Assembly: GCA_021835025.1 (NCBI GenBank)
Contig: JAKBQY010000057.1
Span: forward strand, 61,358-125,357
Length of the DNA: 64,000 bases
Reading direction: 5' to 3'
Origin: Thermoplasmata archaeon
GTDB taxonomy: Archaea; Thermoplasmatota; Thermoplasmata; Thermoplasmatales; Thermoplasmataceae
Every line of letters begins with the position of its first letter. Position 1 is the first letter of the stretch. Both the position numbers and the translations under genes were made by a program. Below, piece after piece: positions 21,947 to 31,742 of the stretch. Below the pieces are notes generated by a model that was not told the DNA's origin, ran no database searches, and saw nothing but the letters and a program-made list of their open reading frames with translations.

Positions 21947-23074
21947 TTATCTTTCTGGCAAGGGTATGAAATCTCTTTTATCAAATCCTGTGTATATAGC
22001 CCTTGGTCTAATGAGCCTCTCTTCCTCCTCAACATATTCTGATATGTGTGCTGTCCATCCAAGTACCCTCGAAAATCCAAATAATGTTGTGAACATATAT
22101 ATGGGAAATCCAATTTCATTGAAGACAATACCGGAATAGTAATCCGTATTTGGATAGATCCCTTTTGAACCATATGTTTTAACTCCCAGATCCTCCAATT
22201 TTTCAGCTATTTCAAGGTTATTTTTCTGTTCATCTGTTTCAACAAGTTTCTTTGCTATTCCCTTGAATATCTTCATTCTTGGATCATAGGTTTTATAAAC
22301 TCTGTGCCCAAAACCCATCAATCTTTTATTGTTTTTAAGTATATTTTCATTGAACCATATTTCAACATTTTCCGATTTTTTTATTTCCAGTACCTGGTGG
22401 TATGCTGCTTCTGCGGCACCGCCATGCAATGGCCCTTTCAATGCAGCTATTGCAGCTGTAATGCATGAATACATGTCTGATAGGGTAGAGGAAGCAACAA
22501 GGGCGGCTGTTGTTGATGCAGGCACCTCATGATCAATATATATGATCAATGCAGAATTCATTGCATCTATTTTCTCCTGTGATATTTCATTAAAGCAGTT
22601 CCTGAGGAAAGCTTCGGCATAGCCATATTTTTTATCTGGATTTTTTAATTCCATACCCATCTTATGCCTGTATATGTTTGATATAATTCCAAGGTCTTCA
22701 CCCATAATCTTTGCTGCCTGTTTTCTATCATCATCACGGTTCCATTTATAATCACCAGAAGACATAGAAGCAAATGCAGTTTCCATCATTGTAAGAGTGT
22801 CCGTTTCCCTTGGGAGGGCAGCGATAAGTTCCAATACATGTCTTGGCAATTTATAGTGCCCCCTTAAATCATCAACAAATGATTTTAGCTGTTCGCCATT
22901 CGGAAGTTCCCCATATATCATCAGATATGATACCTCCTCAAATGAACAATTTTTAACCAGGTCATTTACATCATAACCACGATATCTCAATATTCCTTTG
23001 TTTCCGTCAATATATGTTAATTTAGTATATTTTATAAATACATCTTCCAGTCCTAAATTCACGGTTGTATCCAT
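21947..23074 (-). CDS. gltA: Citrate synthase
   Basis: GLEDV, LRYRGY, DHEVPAST, GPLHGGA, MGFGHRVYKTYDPR, PNTDYYSG. Confidence 0.96.
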   Translation of the reverse strand: MDTTVNLGLEDVFIKYTKLTYIDGNKGILRYRGYDVNDLVKNCSFEEVSYLMIYGELPNGEQLKSFVDDLRGHYKLPRHVLELIAALPRETDTLTMMETAFASMSSGDYKWNRDDDRKQAAKIMGEDLGIISNIYRHKMGMELKNPDKKYGYAEAFLRNCFNEISQEKIDAMNSALIIYIDHEVPASTTAALVASSTLSDMYSCITAAIAALKGPLHGGAAEAAYHQVLEIKKSENVEIWFNENILKNNKRLMGFGHRVYKTYDPRMKIFKGIAKKLVETDEQKNNLEIAEKLEDLGVKTYGSKGIYPNTDYYSGIVFNEIGFPIYMFTTLFGFSRVLGWTAHISEYVEEEERLIRPRAIYTGFDKRDFIPLPER

Positions 23075-23465
23075 CTTATTCCACCTTTATTTTATATTTT
23101 TAAACAATTGCATACATATTGCAGAGGTTTTATGGAATTTTCAAATTCCTTCCAGTTGAACCAGTATTTTTGCAATTTATTTTTTTCCCATATCCCATTG
23201 GAGAATAACAGGTTTTGAAATTCTTTACTGAGAATTTACATATTGTCGATTTATTCTTCAAATTTAAAGAATGCCAACCTTTACCATTCTGCCTTCTAAG
23301 GACATATTATTTAATTATAATATCAAATTTAAACATTATGATTAGTAAATAAGTATTCAGATTAAACTTTTGAGATATTTAAGCATTTAACTAAAAAAAT
23401 TTAAATTTTTGCATAATCGACAATGTTATAAATTAATATTTATCAATAAATAATTTATTTATAAA

Positions 23466-25103
23466 TTAATTTGTCTTTATATTCATCCATTTTATCACAA
23501 TTTCCGAATTTTCCATTAACTCATAATAATCCTCTTTGCCATAGTTTATATAAAAATATAATTCACCACTCTTTATAAAATGTTGATTGTTGGTTGATAA
23601 TCCCGCATCAAGAAGATAGGCTCCTGCCATAAGTTTTCCGATATCGGTAAGCAATTCTTTTGCATAAAACTCGGGATTGTTTTTTCTCATATAATTTATT
23701 TTACTTTTAATTATTTCCATAGAATTATCTATAACTGAAATGAGATGCCTATCAAAATTTTTCTTTTTATTGTTTATATCTGCCATTAACATTTCCAATG
23801 TATCCTTTTTAAACAGGCTTTCCATTGCATCAAGGGCCTGAATATTTGAAGTACCCTCCCAGATAGACGTGACAATAGAATCACGATGGAATTTTGCCAT
23901 TGGGAATTCCTCGAAAAAACCTATGCCACCCATCATCTCCATTGCATATTCTGTTATGTAATTGGCCGTAGATGATGCTATATTTTTTGAAATATGTGAC
24001 AGGATTCTTGCATAATTATAGGATTCGTCATAGGGAGGTTTTGACTTTATTGATTTTTCAAACCAGCTTGCGGCAGCAAATGATAGAATAGTAGCTGCTT
24101 CCAGATTTATCTCATTTTCCATGAAATCTCTCCTCATCAATGGTTGTTCTATCAGTTTCTTTCCAAAGGCCTCTCTTATATTCGCATATTTATAAGCCTC
24201 CCAGAGGGCTTTTCTTGCAATACCGGTTGCTGCAATCGCATCATCAATCCTTGATATGGTGAGTATTTCCATTGCAATGTATATTCCATCTTTTAAATTG
24301 CCGAGAATATATCCAATTGAATTATTCAATTCAACCTCTCCCGTTGGCACAGCAACGGTTCCCATTTTATTTTTCAACCTTCTTATGTTGTAATTCAAAT
24401 TGCCGTTAAAATAAGCCGGAACAAAATATACTGATATATATTTTGCCCCTCTCTGGTTTATATCGGTCTTGGATGTAACTATCGAAGCGTCAGCTATGCC
24501 AGCGTTACTTGCAAAATATTTATCCTTTCCATTTAATATATAATGATCATCAACATTGACTGCAAGGGTATTGTTGTTTCCAATATCACTCCCCCCTTGC
24601 AATTCGCTGTAAAATGTTGCACCATACCAGGGATTTTCCACATCAATAAATTTATTTAAATAAAGGTCCTTCAACTGTTTGCTGCCATATTTAAAAAGGC
24701 CATAAAGAGTTTGTTCGGTTAGGGTAAACGTACAAAAGATGCCTGAATCAGAAATAACATACCCTGATAAAAAATGGTTTATCAGGGAAATCATCTCATT
24801 TTTAATTGAATTCCTGATAATTCCAAGATTCTGCAATTTTTTTAAAATTTCTCTGTGATATGGAGATAACCGAACATAATCAATTCTTTTTCCAGTTACT
24901 GACCATGTTTGAAGCTCGGGTTTTGCATAATGGTCAATGTAATCGAGTCCCCCAATAAGTTTGGTGGAAACATACTTTCCAAGATCGTTCATTTCATCAT
25001 CCACGTTAAAATCAAAATAATCGATGATATTTTTCAATACATAATCATCGGAAAAATAATTAACACCATAACTTAAATACAGTTCCTGAAATAAATCTTT
25101 CAT
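23466..25103 (-). CDS. Acyl-CoA dehydrogenase family protein (AidB-like)
   Basis: SELQGGSD, KYFASNA, LKNKMGT..VPTGEV, EMMGGIGF and SIWEGTSNIQALD motifs. Confidence 0.88.
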   Translation of the reverse strand: MKDLFQELYLSYGVNYFSDDYVLKNIIDYFDFNVDDEMNDLGKYVSTKLIGGLDYIDHYAKPELQTWSVTGKRIDYVRLSPYHREILKKLQNLGIIRNSIKNEMISLINHFLSGYVISDSGIFCTFTLTEQTLYGLFKYGSKQLKDLYLNKFIDVENPWYGATFYSELQGGSDIGNNNTLAVNVDDHYILNGKDKYFASNAGIADASIVTSKTDINQRGAKYISVYFVPAYFNGNLNYNIRRLKNKMGTVAVPTGEVELNNSIGYILGNLKDGIYIAMEILTISRIDDAIAATGIARKALWEAYKYANIREAFGKKLIEQPLMRRDFMENEINLEAATILSFAAASWFEKSIKSKPPYDESYNYARILSHISKNIASSTANYITEYAMEMMGGIGFFEEFPMAKFHRDSIVTSIWEGTSNIQALDAMESLFKKDTLEMLMADINNKKKNFDRHLISVIDNSMEIIKSKINYMRKNNPEFYAKELLTDIGKLMAGAYLLDAGLSTNNQHFIKSGELYFYINYGKEDYYELMENSEIVIKWMNIKTN

Positions 25104-25150
25104 ATAATTATAGGAGATATTAATATTTAAATTTATTTTTCTAAACTATT

Positions 25151-25510
25151 TTATTTCATTACAATACTTTTACCGTTTGATATCATCAATATTTTGATAT
25201 TTTTTGATCTGAGCCTATTTATTAACCCTCGATCATTTGTCAGTACAAAGCATTTTAGCTTTATCGCCATGTTTAATATGCAATTATCTCCAGTTCCGTA
25301 TGATTCTATGATGTTAAAATTTTTGCCGTATTCAAGAGCTGCACGGGCGTACCAATAGGTTTTGCTCAGGCCAGCGAGTTCATCAATAACACATTTTGGG
25401 ATAAGGATTTCAAATGTTAGTGGTATACTTAGCAGTGCCATTCGGATATCCATTTTATTTTTTATAGAATACATCAATGAATTAGTATCAAGCAATAGTT
25501 TTTGATTCAT
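25151..25510 (-). CDS. PIN-domain nuclease (Fcf1/Utp24-like)
   Basis: LLDTNSL, VIDEL, GDNCI and LTNDRGL acidic PIN motifs; coupled to the aIF2-beta gene. Confidence 0.85.
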   Translation of the reverse strand: MNQKLLLDTNSLMYSIKNKMDIRMALLSIPLTFEILIPKCVIDELAGLSKTYWYARAALEYGKNFNIIESYGTGDNCILNMAIKLKCFVLTNDRGLINRLRSKNIKILMISNGKSIVMK

Positions 25511-26133
25511 TTTACGACTTCAGCTATGGCAATATTTCTTTTGATTTTTTTAATCAAAACTTTAACAGTCTGGCCTTTTTTAACATTTGGTATATATATG
25601 GTATATTCCCCATATCTGGCATGGCCCTCTCCAGACCTTCCTATTTCGGTAACAATAACATTGTATGTTTTATTTTCCGATAATTCAGTTTCCTCTTCCT
25701 TAATTTCCCTGGTTGCCCTGATAGGGTGCTGTGCCCCACATGCTTTGCAAACAAGAAGATATGTACGCCCTGCTTTCTCTATTGTTGTATCTGGTGCATT
25801 GCATTCATAACACAGCACGTACGTTGCCATATATTCATCCATTTTTTCCCTAATTTCGGATTCCTTTATTTTTCTATTTATAATTAATCTTTTCTGGGAA
25901 ATATTTGCACCAATTCCGAATTCCTTTGTAAGATACTTTACAATATCCTGGGGATTCCTATTCAGCATATCGGCTATATCAATAAAATTCCTGATAATAG
26001 TTGATTTTCCTTCATATATTATATCTGGAACTGGTACTTTTAACCTCTCCTCAAATTTATTTTTTTGAGACAGTACACCGGAGGCATCATTTAAAAGCTT
26101 ATCATAATCGAATGACATACTTTTGTAATACAT
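25507..26133 (-). CDS. eif2b: Translation initiation factor aIF-2 beta with C-terminal TRAM domain
   Basis: RLKVP, TIIRNF.DI, Zn ribbon CYEC...CKACG, TRAM-like tail GEGHARYGEYTIYIP. Start may be 26118. Confidence 0.93.
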   Translation of the reverse strand: MYYKSMSFDYDKLLNDASGVLSQKNKFEERLKVPVPDIIYEGKSTIIRNFIDIADMLNRNPQDIVKYLTKEFGIGANISQKRLIINRKIKESEIREKMDEYMATYVLCYECNAPDTTIEKAGRTYLLVCKACGAQHPIRATREIKEEETELSENKTYNVIVTEIGRSGEGHARYGEYTIYIPNVKKGQTVKVLIKKIKRNIAIAEVVK

Positions 26134-26358
26134 TTCAGGCTTATTAATATTATTTTATTTCAGATTATATTAATAAAATGTACATTATATTAATAAGTCT
26201 CCTATTTTTTCTTTATGAAATATTATTACAATAAAATACAGTAAAAAAGGTATTTATTCTTATTTAATTAATTAAAAAATTAAAATAAATATGTACATAT
26301 AAATTAATTTGTACATACAATGAAAAAAAATATATACTACTATCTATTAACATTATTA

Positions 26359-26739
26359 ATGAAGGAAAAAACTGAAAAACTAACACTTCGAATTTCCAGT
26401 GAGGAACTTGAAGAGATAGATGCTTTTCTTGCATCAAATTTAAACTATACCAACCGTTCTGAATTTATAAGATTGGCGGTGATGGAATATATAGCCAACC
26501 TAAGAATTGGGATCATCTCAAAAAATAATAGCAATATACAAGTGAATCCAGTTATTGAAAAAACACTATTGAAAGCTGTAAATTCAGGATATTTTAAAAA
26601 TCTTGATGCTGCATACGGGGAAATTATACATGAAGCCTGGAGAAACAATCTGATATCAAATCTAATCAGTGAAAGAAATGATGAAATAGAAAGGATAGAA
26701 AAATCAATTAAAGGGGAGGAAAAATATGATAAGATATGA
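26359..26739 (+). CDS. Ribbon-helix-helix (CopG/MetJ) DNA-binding protein with C-terminal extension
   Basis: KLTLRIS.EELEEID...NRSEFIRLAV is a classic RHH. ATG 26359 preferred over the track start 26320. Confidence 0.82.
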   Translation: MKEKTEKLTLRISSEELEEIDAFLASNLNYTNRSEFIRLAVMEYIANLRIGIISKNNSNIQVNPVIEKTLLKAVNSGYFKNLDAAYGEIIHEAWRNNLISNLISERNDEIERIEKSIKGEEKYDKI

Positions 26740-27223
26740 GAATGAAACATTAAAAGATACGGTTTTGTCATTAAGTGGTAATTATTTTACCTTTATTTCC
26801 GTTGACGGGGAATTTTACAATAAAATCAATGTTAACCTGGCGGACATTTCTTCTTTCTATTCAATAGAAAATAAAATCAATAAAATTCACGTGAACGAAT
26901 TTACAAACTATAAGTTCACCAATAAAGTTAAGGACGATACCGTTTCAATAGAAAAATGCACGAAAAGTACAAAATATAGATTCATCAGAGTTGCGACATT
27001 TAACAAAATGCCTGAAAGATTGCTTGATGCATTAAATCCCGCAATAATCTATATAGTTATTGACAATAAATATGATATATTTAAGAACCTCTATAGATAT
27101 TTGAACAAAAGAGACATACCATATTTAAAAATTGTACATGAAAAATATTACAGTCTTAAAGATAAAAAGTTTGTTTCTGTGAATAGACTTATGGATTATT
27201 TATATGAAAATTACTTTCCGTGA
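26726..27223 (+). CDS. Hypothetical protein (165 aa), coupled to the RHH gene
   Basis: Overlaps the RHH 3' end and has a GGGGAGG SD-like site upstream; no recognised motif. Confidence 0.65.
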   Translation: MIRYENETLKDTVLSLSGNYFTFISVDGEFYNKINVNLADISSFYSIENKINKIHVNEFTNYKFTNKVKDDTVSIEKCTKSTKYRFIRVATFNKMPERLLDALNPAIIYIVIDNKYDIFKNLYRYLNKRDIPYLKIVHEKYYSLKDKKFVSVNRLMDYLYENYFP

Positions 27224-27267
27224 ATTTTAAAATTATTTTAATTTATATTTACTGTTTTTATAAAAAA

Positions 27268-28164
27268 TTAGATATTAACCTTATTTTTGTTTGTTATGGA
27301 TATATAAACGTCCTCCAGATTATCGAACTGCTCAACATACTTGACCTTTATGCCTTGTCCAATTAAATCTTCTATGACTTCAAAATTTTCATAATCGTTG
27401 GATTTCTCAACAATAATTTCATTTCCATTTACTGTATAGTTTTTAATTTTATTGCTTACAATTGAGTGCCCAGGAGAGTCTAGGGTTATTTTAAGCAAAA
27501 ATTTATTATCTGCCATAGTTGAATCGTGTTCAATAATGCCATTGTTAATTATTATAGTGCGATCACATATTTCTCTAGCTTCGTAAATCAAATGTGTACT
27601 TAGCAATATTAATTTTGTCCTTGCAAGGTTGCGAATAAGGGTCCGTATTTCCTTCATGCCCTTCGGGTCCAGGCCAAATGTTGGCTCATCAAGAATTATG
27701 ATTTCTGGGTCACCAATCATGGCCACAGCAAGTGCCAATCTCTGCTTCATGCCTCTGGAATAATTTCCAGTTTTTCTTTCAATAAATGATGATATCTGAG
27801 TTGTATTTATTATACTATCTATTATATTGTTAAAAGTTTCTTTATTCATGCCTTTGATTTTCCTGGTAAAATCAAGTATTTCCTTTCCGGTCAAATAACT
27901 GTAAAATTCTGGCTGTTCTATTAATGATCCAACAAATCCCAATGCCTTTTCCGGTTTTTCTGATACATTAATTCCGTTTATTTGGACCTCCCCATGAGTT
28001 GGCTTAATAATATTTGTGATGAGTTTCAACATTGTGGTTTTTCCGGCTCCATTTGGTCCTAGAATGCCTACACATCCATGATTTTTAACATTGAGGTTGA
28101 TATTATTCAATGCAGTTATTTTACCGTATTTTTTGGTTAAAGAGTTCATAAAAATTTCCATCAT
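27268..28164 (-). CDS. ABC-2 type exporter ATP-binding protein
   Basis: GPNGAGKTT, YSRGMKQR, ILDEPTFGLDP, STH. Confidence 0.93.
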   Translation of the reverse strand: MMEIFMNSLTKKYGKITALNNINLNVKNHGCVGILGPNGAGKTTMLKLITNIIKPTHGEVQINGINVSEKPEKALGFVGSLIEQPEFYSYLTGKEILDFTRKIKGMNKETFNNIIDSIINTTQISSFIERKTGNYSRGMKQRLALAVAMIGDPEIIILDEPTFGLDPKGMKEIRTLIRNLARTKLILLSTHLIYEAREICDRTIIINNGIIEHDSTMADNKFLLKITLDSPGHSIVSNKIKNYTVNGNEIIVEKSNDYENFEVIEDLIGQGIKVKYVEQFDNLEDVYISITNKNKVNI

Positions 28165-28979
28165 GATACCTCTTTTCTTTCAAATAAAATTAGGCCAATC
28201 GCAAATGATGCTATGAAATAAATTACCATAATTAATGCTGAAAATATTATATCGGCAAATGGAGCCGGAGATATACTTGGTGTGGAAAAAAAATCCGCAG
28301 TATTTATGTTCATATATGCTCTTTCTATGATGCTTGCTGCATCGCTTAAAAGATATATTGGATCAATTTTATACAATAATTCTATTATAAATGAACCTGC
28401 GTAAAAAACTATATAATAAATTAAAAGTACGGTTATATATGCATATGTATTTTTATTAAAAATAGCACTGATCATGAAAGTGACTGATGTCATTGTCAGA
28501 ATAAAAATAATTAACAGTAAAAGGGAATAATAAAAGTAAATTGTTGGAAGAGAATGAAATAAATATGATAGCGTTCCCACTTCGACAATTAGGTATATTA
28601 TCATTATAATGAATGACACAGTGAAAGCTGCAAGAAACTTTCCTATATATAATTTATATCTATTTATTGGTAAAGGGAAAATGAAATATGCAGTTTTATT
28701 TTCAATTTCACTAGAAATAGCGGGGGATCCGAAAAATACAGCTGAAAATACAGGCACGTATAATAATATAAGAGTCCACAGAAAATAAAAAAGGGCTTCT
28801 TTTATTGTGATAGGTATACTTGATGAACCAAGAAATTTTGGGAAATTGTTTATATATTTGAATGAAAAATATATCATCATTATGCTTATAATGCTTATAA
28901 GCAGTAACATCAAATAAAAGCTTCTTGATCTGTAATAATTTTTAACGTATTGTAAATAAACAGTGCTGAATTTTGACAT
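28161..28979 (-). CDS. ABC-2 type exporter permease
   Basis: About 6 TM segments; ISSEIENKT..FIFPLPINR...GKF motif; overlaps the ATPase gene. Confidence 0.88.
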   Translation of the reverse strand: MSKFSTVYLQYVKNYYRSRSFYLMLLLISIISIMMIYFSFKYINNFPKFLGSSSIPITIKEALFYFLWTLILLYVPVFSAVFFGSPAISSEIENKTAYFIFPLPINRYKLYIGKFLAAFTVSFIIMIIYLIVEVGTLSYLFHSLPTIYFYYSLLLLIIFILTMTSVTFMISAIFNKNTYAYITVLLIYYIVFYAGSFIIELLYKIDPIYLLSDAASIIERAYMNINTADFFSTPSISPAPFADIIFSALIMVIYFIASFAIGLILFERKEVS

Positions 28980-28989
28980 TTGTATTGAA

Positions 28990-29862
28990 TTACGTTTTTA
29001 TATTTAACGTTTTAAAAACTGCTTCTGTTTGGCTAGAGCTTATATTGTATTTTAATGATAATACGTTATTGTGGGAACTTATTTGAGGATGGCTCAAATT
29101 TAAGGATAAATTGCCAAATGAGGAATAGTTTGCATTAGCAAATGCTATTTTCAATAGTTCCAATTCATATGGCATTATTTTGCTATTCATGTAAATATTT
29201 AACAAGGATTGATTCTGGGTAACGTTTACCGTGAGAAATTTAGCCGAAATACCTGATAAAACAGATAACCCCGATAAATTGTAATAAATTGATGTGTTAA
29301 TGTTTAAATTTAGATAAGGCTCCAATTTCATGGCATTATTATTATTCATATGTGCATATATTGAAGCATTTATTGCATTTTCCTGTCCCATGACAACGTA
29401 TTTATTGGAAATCAGGTATACAAAAACATTTGTTGTATTATTTGCTGATAATGACCCCAGAGTTGTATTAACCGTACTTTTAAGTATGGAGCTTAAATTT
29501 ACATTTTGTACCTCATAAACCTCTGTCTTATCGTAAATCAATGTTTTTACTGTAACATTATGTGAAACGTTGCCAAATGAACCACCCGAGGGTGCTAATA
29601 TGGTGGTACTGTTGCTAGGAACAATATTATACGATATATTGGCCACAATACCGTATGAATTATTGTCATCAAAAACATAAAATAGAGAATTATTTTTATT
29701 GATAGTAGCTACCATATTAGAATTTCCAGGTATATAGTCGAAAGGATTTTTATTGATAGGTGTATTGACCTTCTGGTAATAATCGTAAGCCATTAACGCA
29801 GTTGGAACTATCAGCGCAACTGCCACCAAAATTATAATTAATTTTAAGATTAAGGGCTTCAT
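28990..29862 (-). CDS. Membrane-anchored, Asn/Ser-rich exported hypothetical protein
   Basis: N-terminal TM helix and many N-x-S/T sequons; first gene of the ABC-2 operon. Confidence 0.7.
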   Translation of the reverse strand: MKPLILKLIIILVAVALIVPTALMAYDYYQKVNTPINKNPFDYIPGNSNMVATINKNNSLFYVFDDNNSYGIVANISYNIVPSNSTTILAPSGGSFGNVSHNVTVKTLIYDKTEVYEVQNVNLSSILKSTVNTTLGSLSANNTTNVFVYLISNKYVVMGQENAINASIYAHMNNNNAMKLEPYLNLNINTSIYYNLSGLSVLSGISAKFLTVNVTQNQSLLNIYMNSKIMPYELELLKIAFANANYSSFGNLSLNLSHPQISSHNNVLSLKYNISSSQTEAVFKTLNIKT

Positions 29863-29931
29863 ATATTAATTATATTAAAATCTAATACATATATTTTGTT
29901 AATAATTTTATTTTTTATAAAAAAAATTATT

Positions 29932-30918
29932 TTATTCTTCAGTCCCAGCCGCAATAAGCTTATATCCAAGAGCGTTAGCAAACTGGGCCTCCTGTGGTTT
30001 TAGAGAGATTAAGGTTGAAGGTGCAAGAACCTCCAGATTTTTGCCAAGCAAAGCAGCACCACCACCAACCGGTACCAATGCACTTATCCTGTCCAGTTCT
30101 TCCCTTAGATTATCCCTGAGCTTGTCAAGTATCCTTGATGTTAAGGATGTCAATATTGGTCCAGAAACCTTGGGACCGCCAACTTCACGTTGCTTGAAAA
30201 AGACTGGTTCAGAAAGAGCGTCAAGTGCAACATCAGGAGGTATAATAAAACCTGTTTCTTTAGATATTGCCTTACCAAGTTCTGAAACAGCATCTCCGAC
30301 TCCAAGCTCAATGCTGAATGACATTGGTACTATTGGCTCCATATTTTTTAAATTTAATGTGACAACCTCCGTTGTTCTTGAACCAATATCAACGATAACA
30401 CCATAACCATACTGCTTTTTTAGTATTCCCTGTTCCAGCATATATAGGGCAGCTGCCACGCCCTGTGGTCTCATTATCAGCTTTGATATGTGAATTTTTT
30501 TGGCTTTTCCAGATAAGTCCTTAATGGTTATAGTTTTACCCTCAAGTGTTTCCTTGGCAAGTGGAACATAATGTTCAAAGGAGCCTAATGGGACACCACT
30601 TCCTAGAACTATATTTTTGACCTCACCATTTCCACCTTTGCTCCCATCGCTAAGCCATAATGCAGCACCCAGAAGCGGAAGCGAATCAGGATCAGACAAT
30701 CTGTTATCACCCAGAGGTTCCCTAATATTTGATCCAATGGCATTTTCTCCATAAGTATATGTTTCACCATCATTAACACTCAAAACAGGTATATTTCCAC
30801 CTATTCCCCATTCCCTGGCATCTTGTGGAGACCATCTTGAGGGAAACTTTTCCTTTTTATTACTTTCCCCAACTATCTTTGTTTCCCCATATCCAAGATC
30901 AATGCCCACTGTTATCAT
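29932..30918 (-). CDS. Actin/ParM-like ATPase (Ta0583 orthologue)
   Basis: GIDLGYGETK (phosphate 1), MRPQGVAA, VDIGSRTT (phosphate 2), VGGGA, QFANALGY; closely resembles T. acidophilum Ta0583 as recalled. Confidence 0.92.
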   Translation of the reverse strand: MITVGIDLGYGETKIVGESNKKEKFPSRWSPQDAREWGIGGNIPVLSVNDGETYTYGENAIGSNIREPLGDNRLSDPDSLPLLGAALWLSDGSKGGNGEVKNIVLGSGVPLGSFEHYVPLAKETLEGKTITIKDLSGKAKKIHISKLIMRPQGVAAALYMLEQGILKKQYGYGVIVDIGSRTTEVVTLNLKNMEPIVPMSFSIELGVGDAVSELGKAISKETGFIIPPDVALDALSEPVFFKQREVGGPKVSGPILTSLTSRILDKLRDNLREELDRISALVPVGGGAALLGKNLEVLAPSTLISLKPQEAQFANALGYKLIAAGTEE

Positions 30919-31086
30919 ATAACATTTACCTCCTTCAAATACATAAAAATAGATAACAATGTTATATTTAAATCTTTTTATATATTATTATATAATATAT
31001 ATAACTTCCATACTAAATTCAATAAATAATTTCTTTTTTAAATTATAATTAATTTTTTAAGGGTGATTTATTATAATGAATCTTTT

Positions 31087-31101
31087 GAAATAAGTTAAAT
31101 A
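31087..31101 (+). promoter_or_regulatory. Putative BRE/TATA box of the tRNA gene
   Basis: Purine-rich GAAATAAG followed by TTAAATA about 30 nt upstream of tRNA position 1. Confidence 0.45.
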
Positions 31102-31128
31102 CAAAATAACAATATACACCATAATTGA

Positions 31129-31203
31129 GCTCCGGTGGTGTAGCCAGGCCAAGCATTAGGGACTCTCAATCCCCCGACTCGGGTCCAAATCCCGGCCGGA
31201 GCA
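31129..31203 (+). tRNA. tRNA-Glu (anticodon CTC), intron-less, CCA not encoded
   Basis: Acceptor stem GCTCCGG/CCGGAGC plus A73; D stem GTGT/GCAT; anticodon loop CT-CTC-AA; T stem TCGGG/CCCGG. Confidence 0.93.
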
Positions 31204-31266
31204 TACTTTAATGTAAATTTTTTAATTGAATGAATAAATTAATATATATAATCATGATATAAATTT

Positions 31267-31698
31267 ATGAAAGTTTTAATATCCTATGATGGATCAGATG
31301 GGGCAAAACAGGCCTTGAAGTTTGGACTGTCTTTAAAATGCAAAGTAGAGGAATATAAAATTGTATATGTTATACCCACAATTGTTGGTATAAGTGCAAG
31401 CTTTGATTCCTACATACCTGAATCAGTATATGAGGGGCAGGATAAAACCGCAGATGAAATACTTGAAAAGGCCAAAAAATCACTAGAAAAGGAAAATGTA
31501 AAATATGAACTAGTTAAACTGAATTCAAATGGAGCAGAAATCGCAAGATTAATTCTTGAAGAGGCAGAAAAAGATAATGTTGATTTAATTATAACGGGTA
31601 CAAGAAAATTGCATGGTTTAAGTAAATTAATACTTGGTTCCGTAAGTTCTGGAATAATAGCACATGCAGAGATACCAGTAACTGTTGTACCACCATAA
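31267..31698 (+). CDS. Universal stress protein (UspA family)
   Basis: LISYDGS..AKQAL, DLIITGTR, LILGSVS..II.HA.IPVTVVP. Confidence 0.92.
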   Translation: MKVLISYDGSDGAKQALKFGLSLKCKVEEYKIVYVIPTIVGISASFDSYIPESVYEGQDKTADEILEKAKKSLEKENVKYELVKLNSNGAEIARLILEEAEKDNVDLIITGTRKLHGLSKLILGSVSSGIIAHAEIPVTVVPP

Positions 31699-31742
31699 TT
31701 AAATAATTTTATATATATCGTAAAGATATAGATAGGATTAAT

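Noticed and set aside
23100-23310. Broken reading frames upstream of gltA (minus strand)
   Set aside because: Multiple stops and no recognisable family; may be a decayed gene but unsupported.
25507-26133. TRAM domain fused to aIF-2 beta
   Set aside because: Known architecture in Thermoplasmatales and other Euryarchaeota; not novel.
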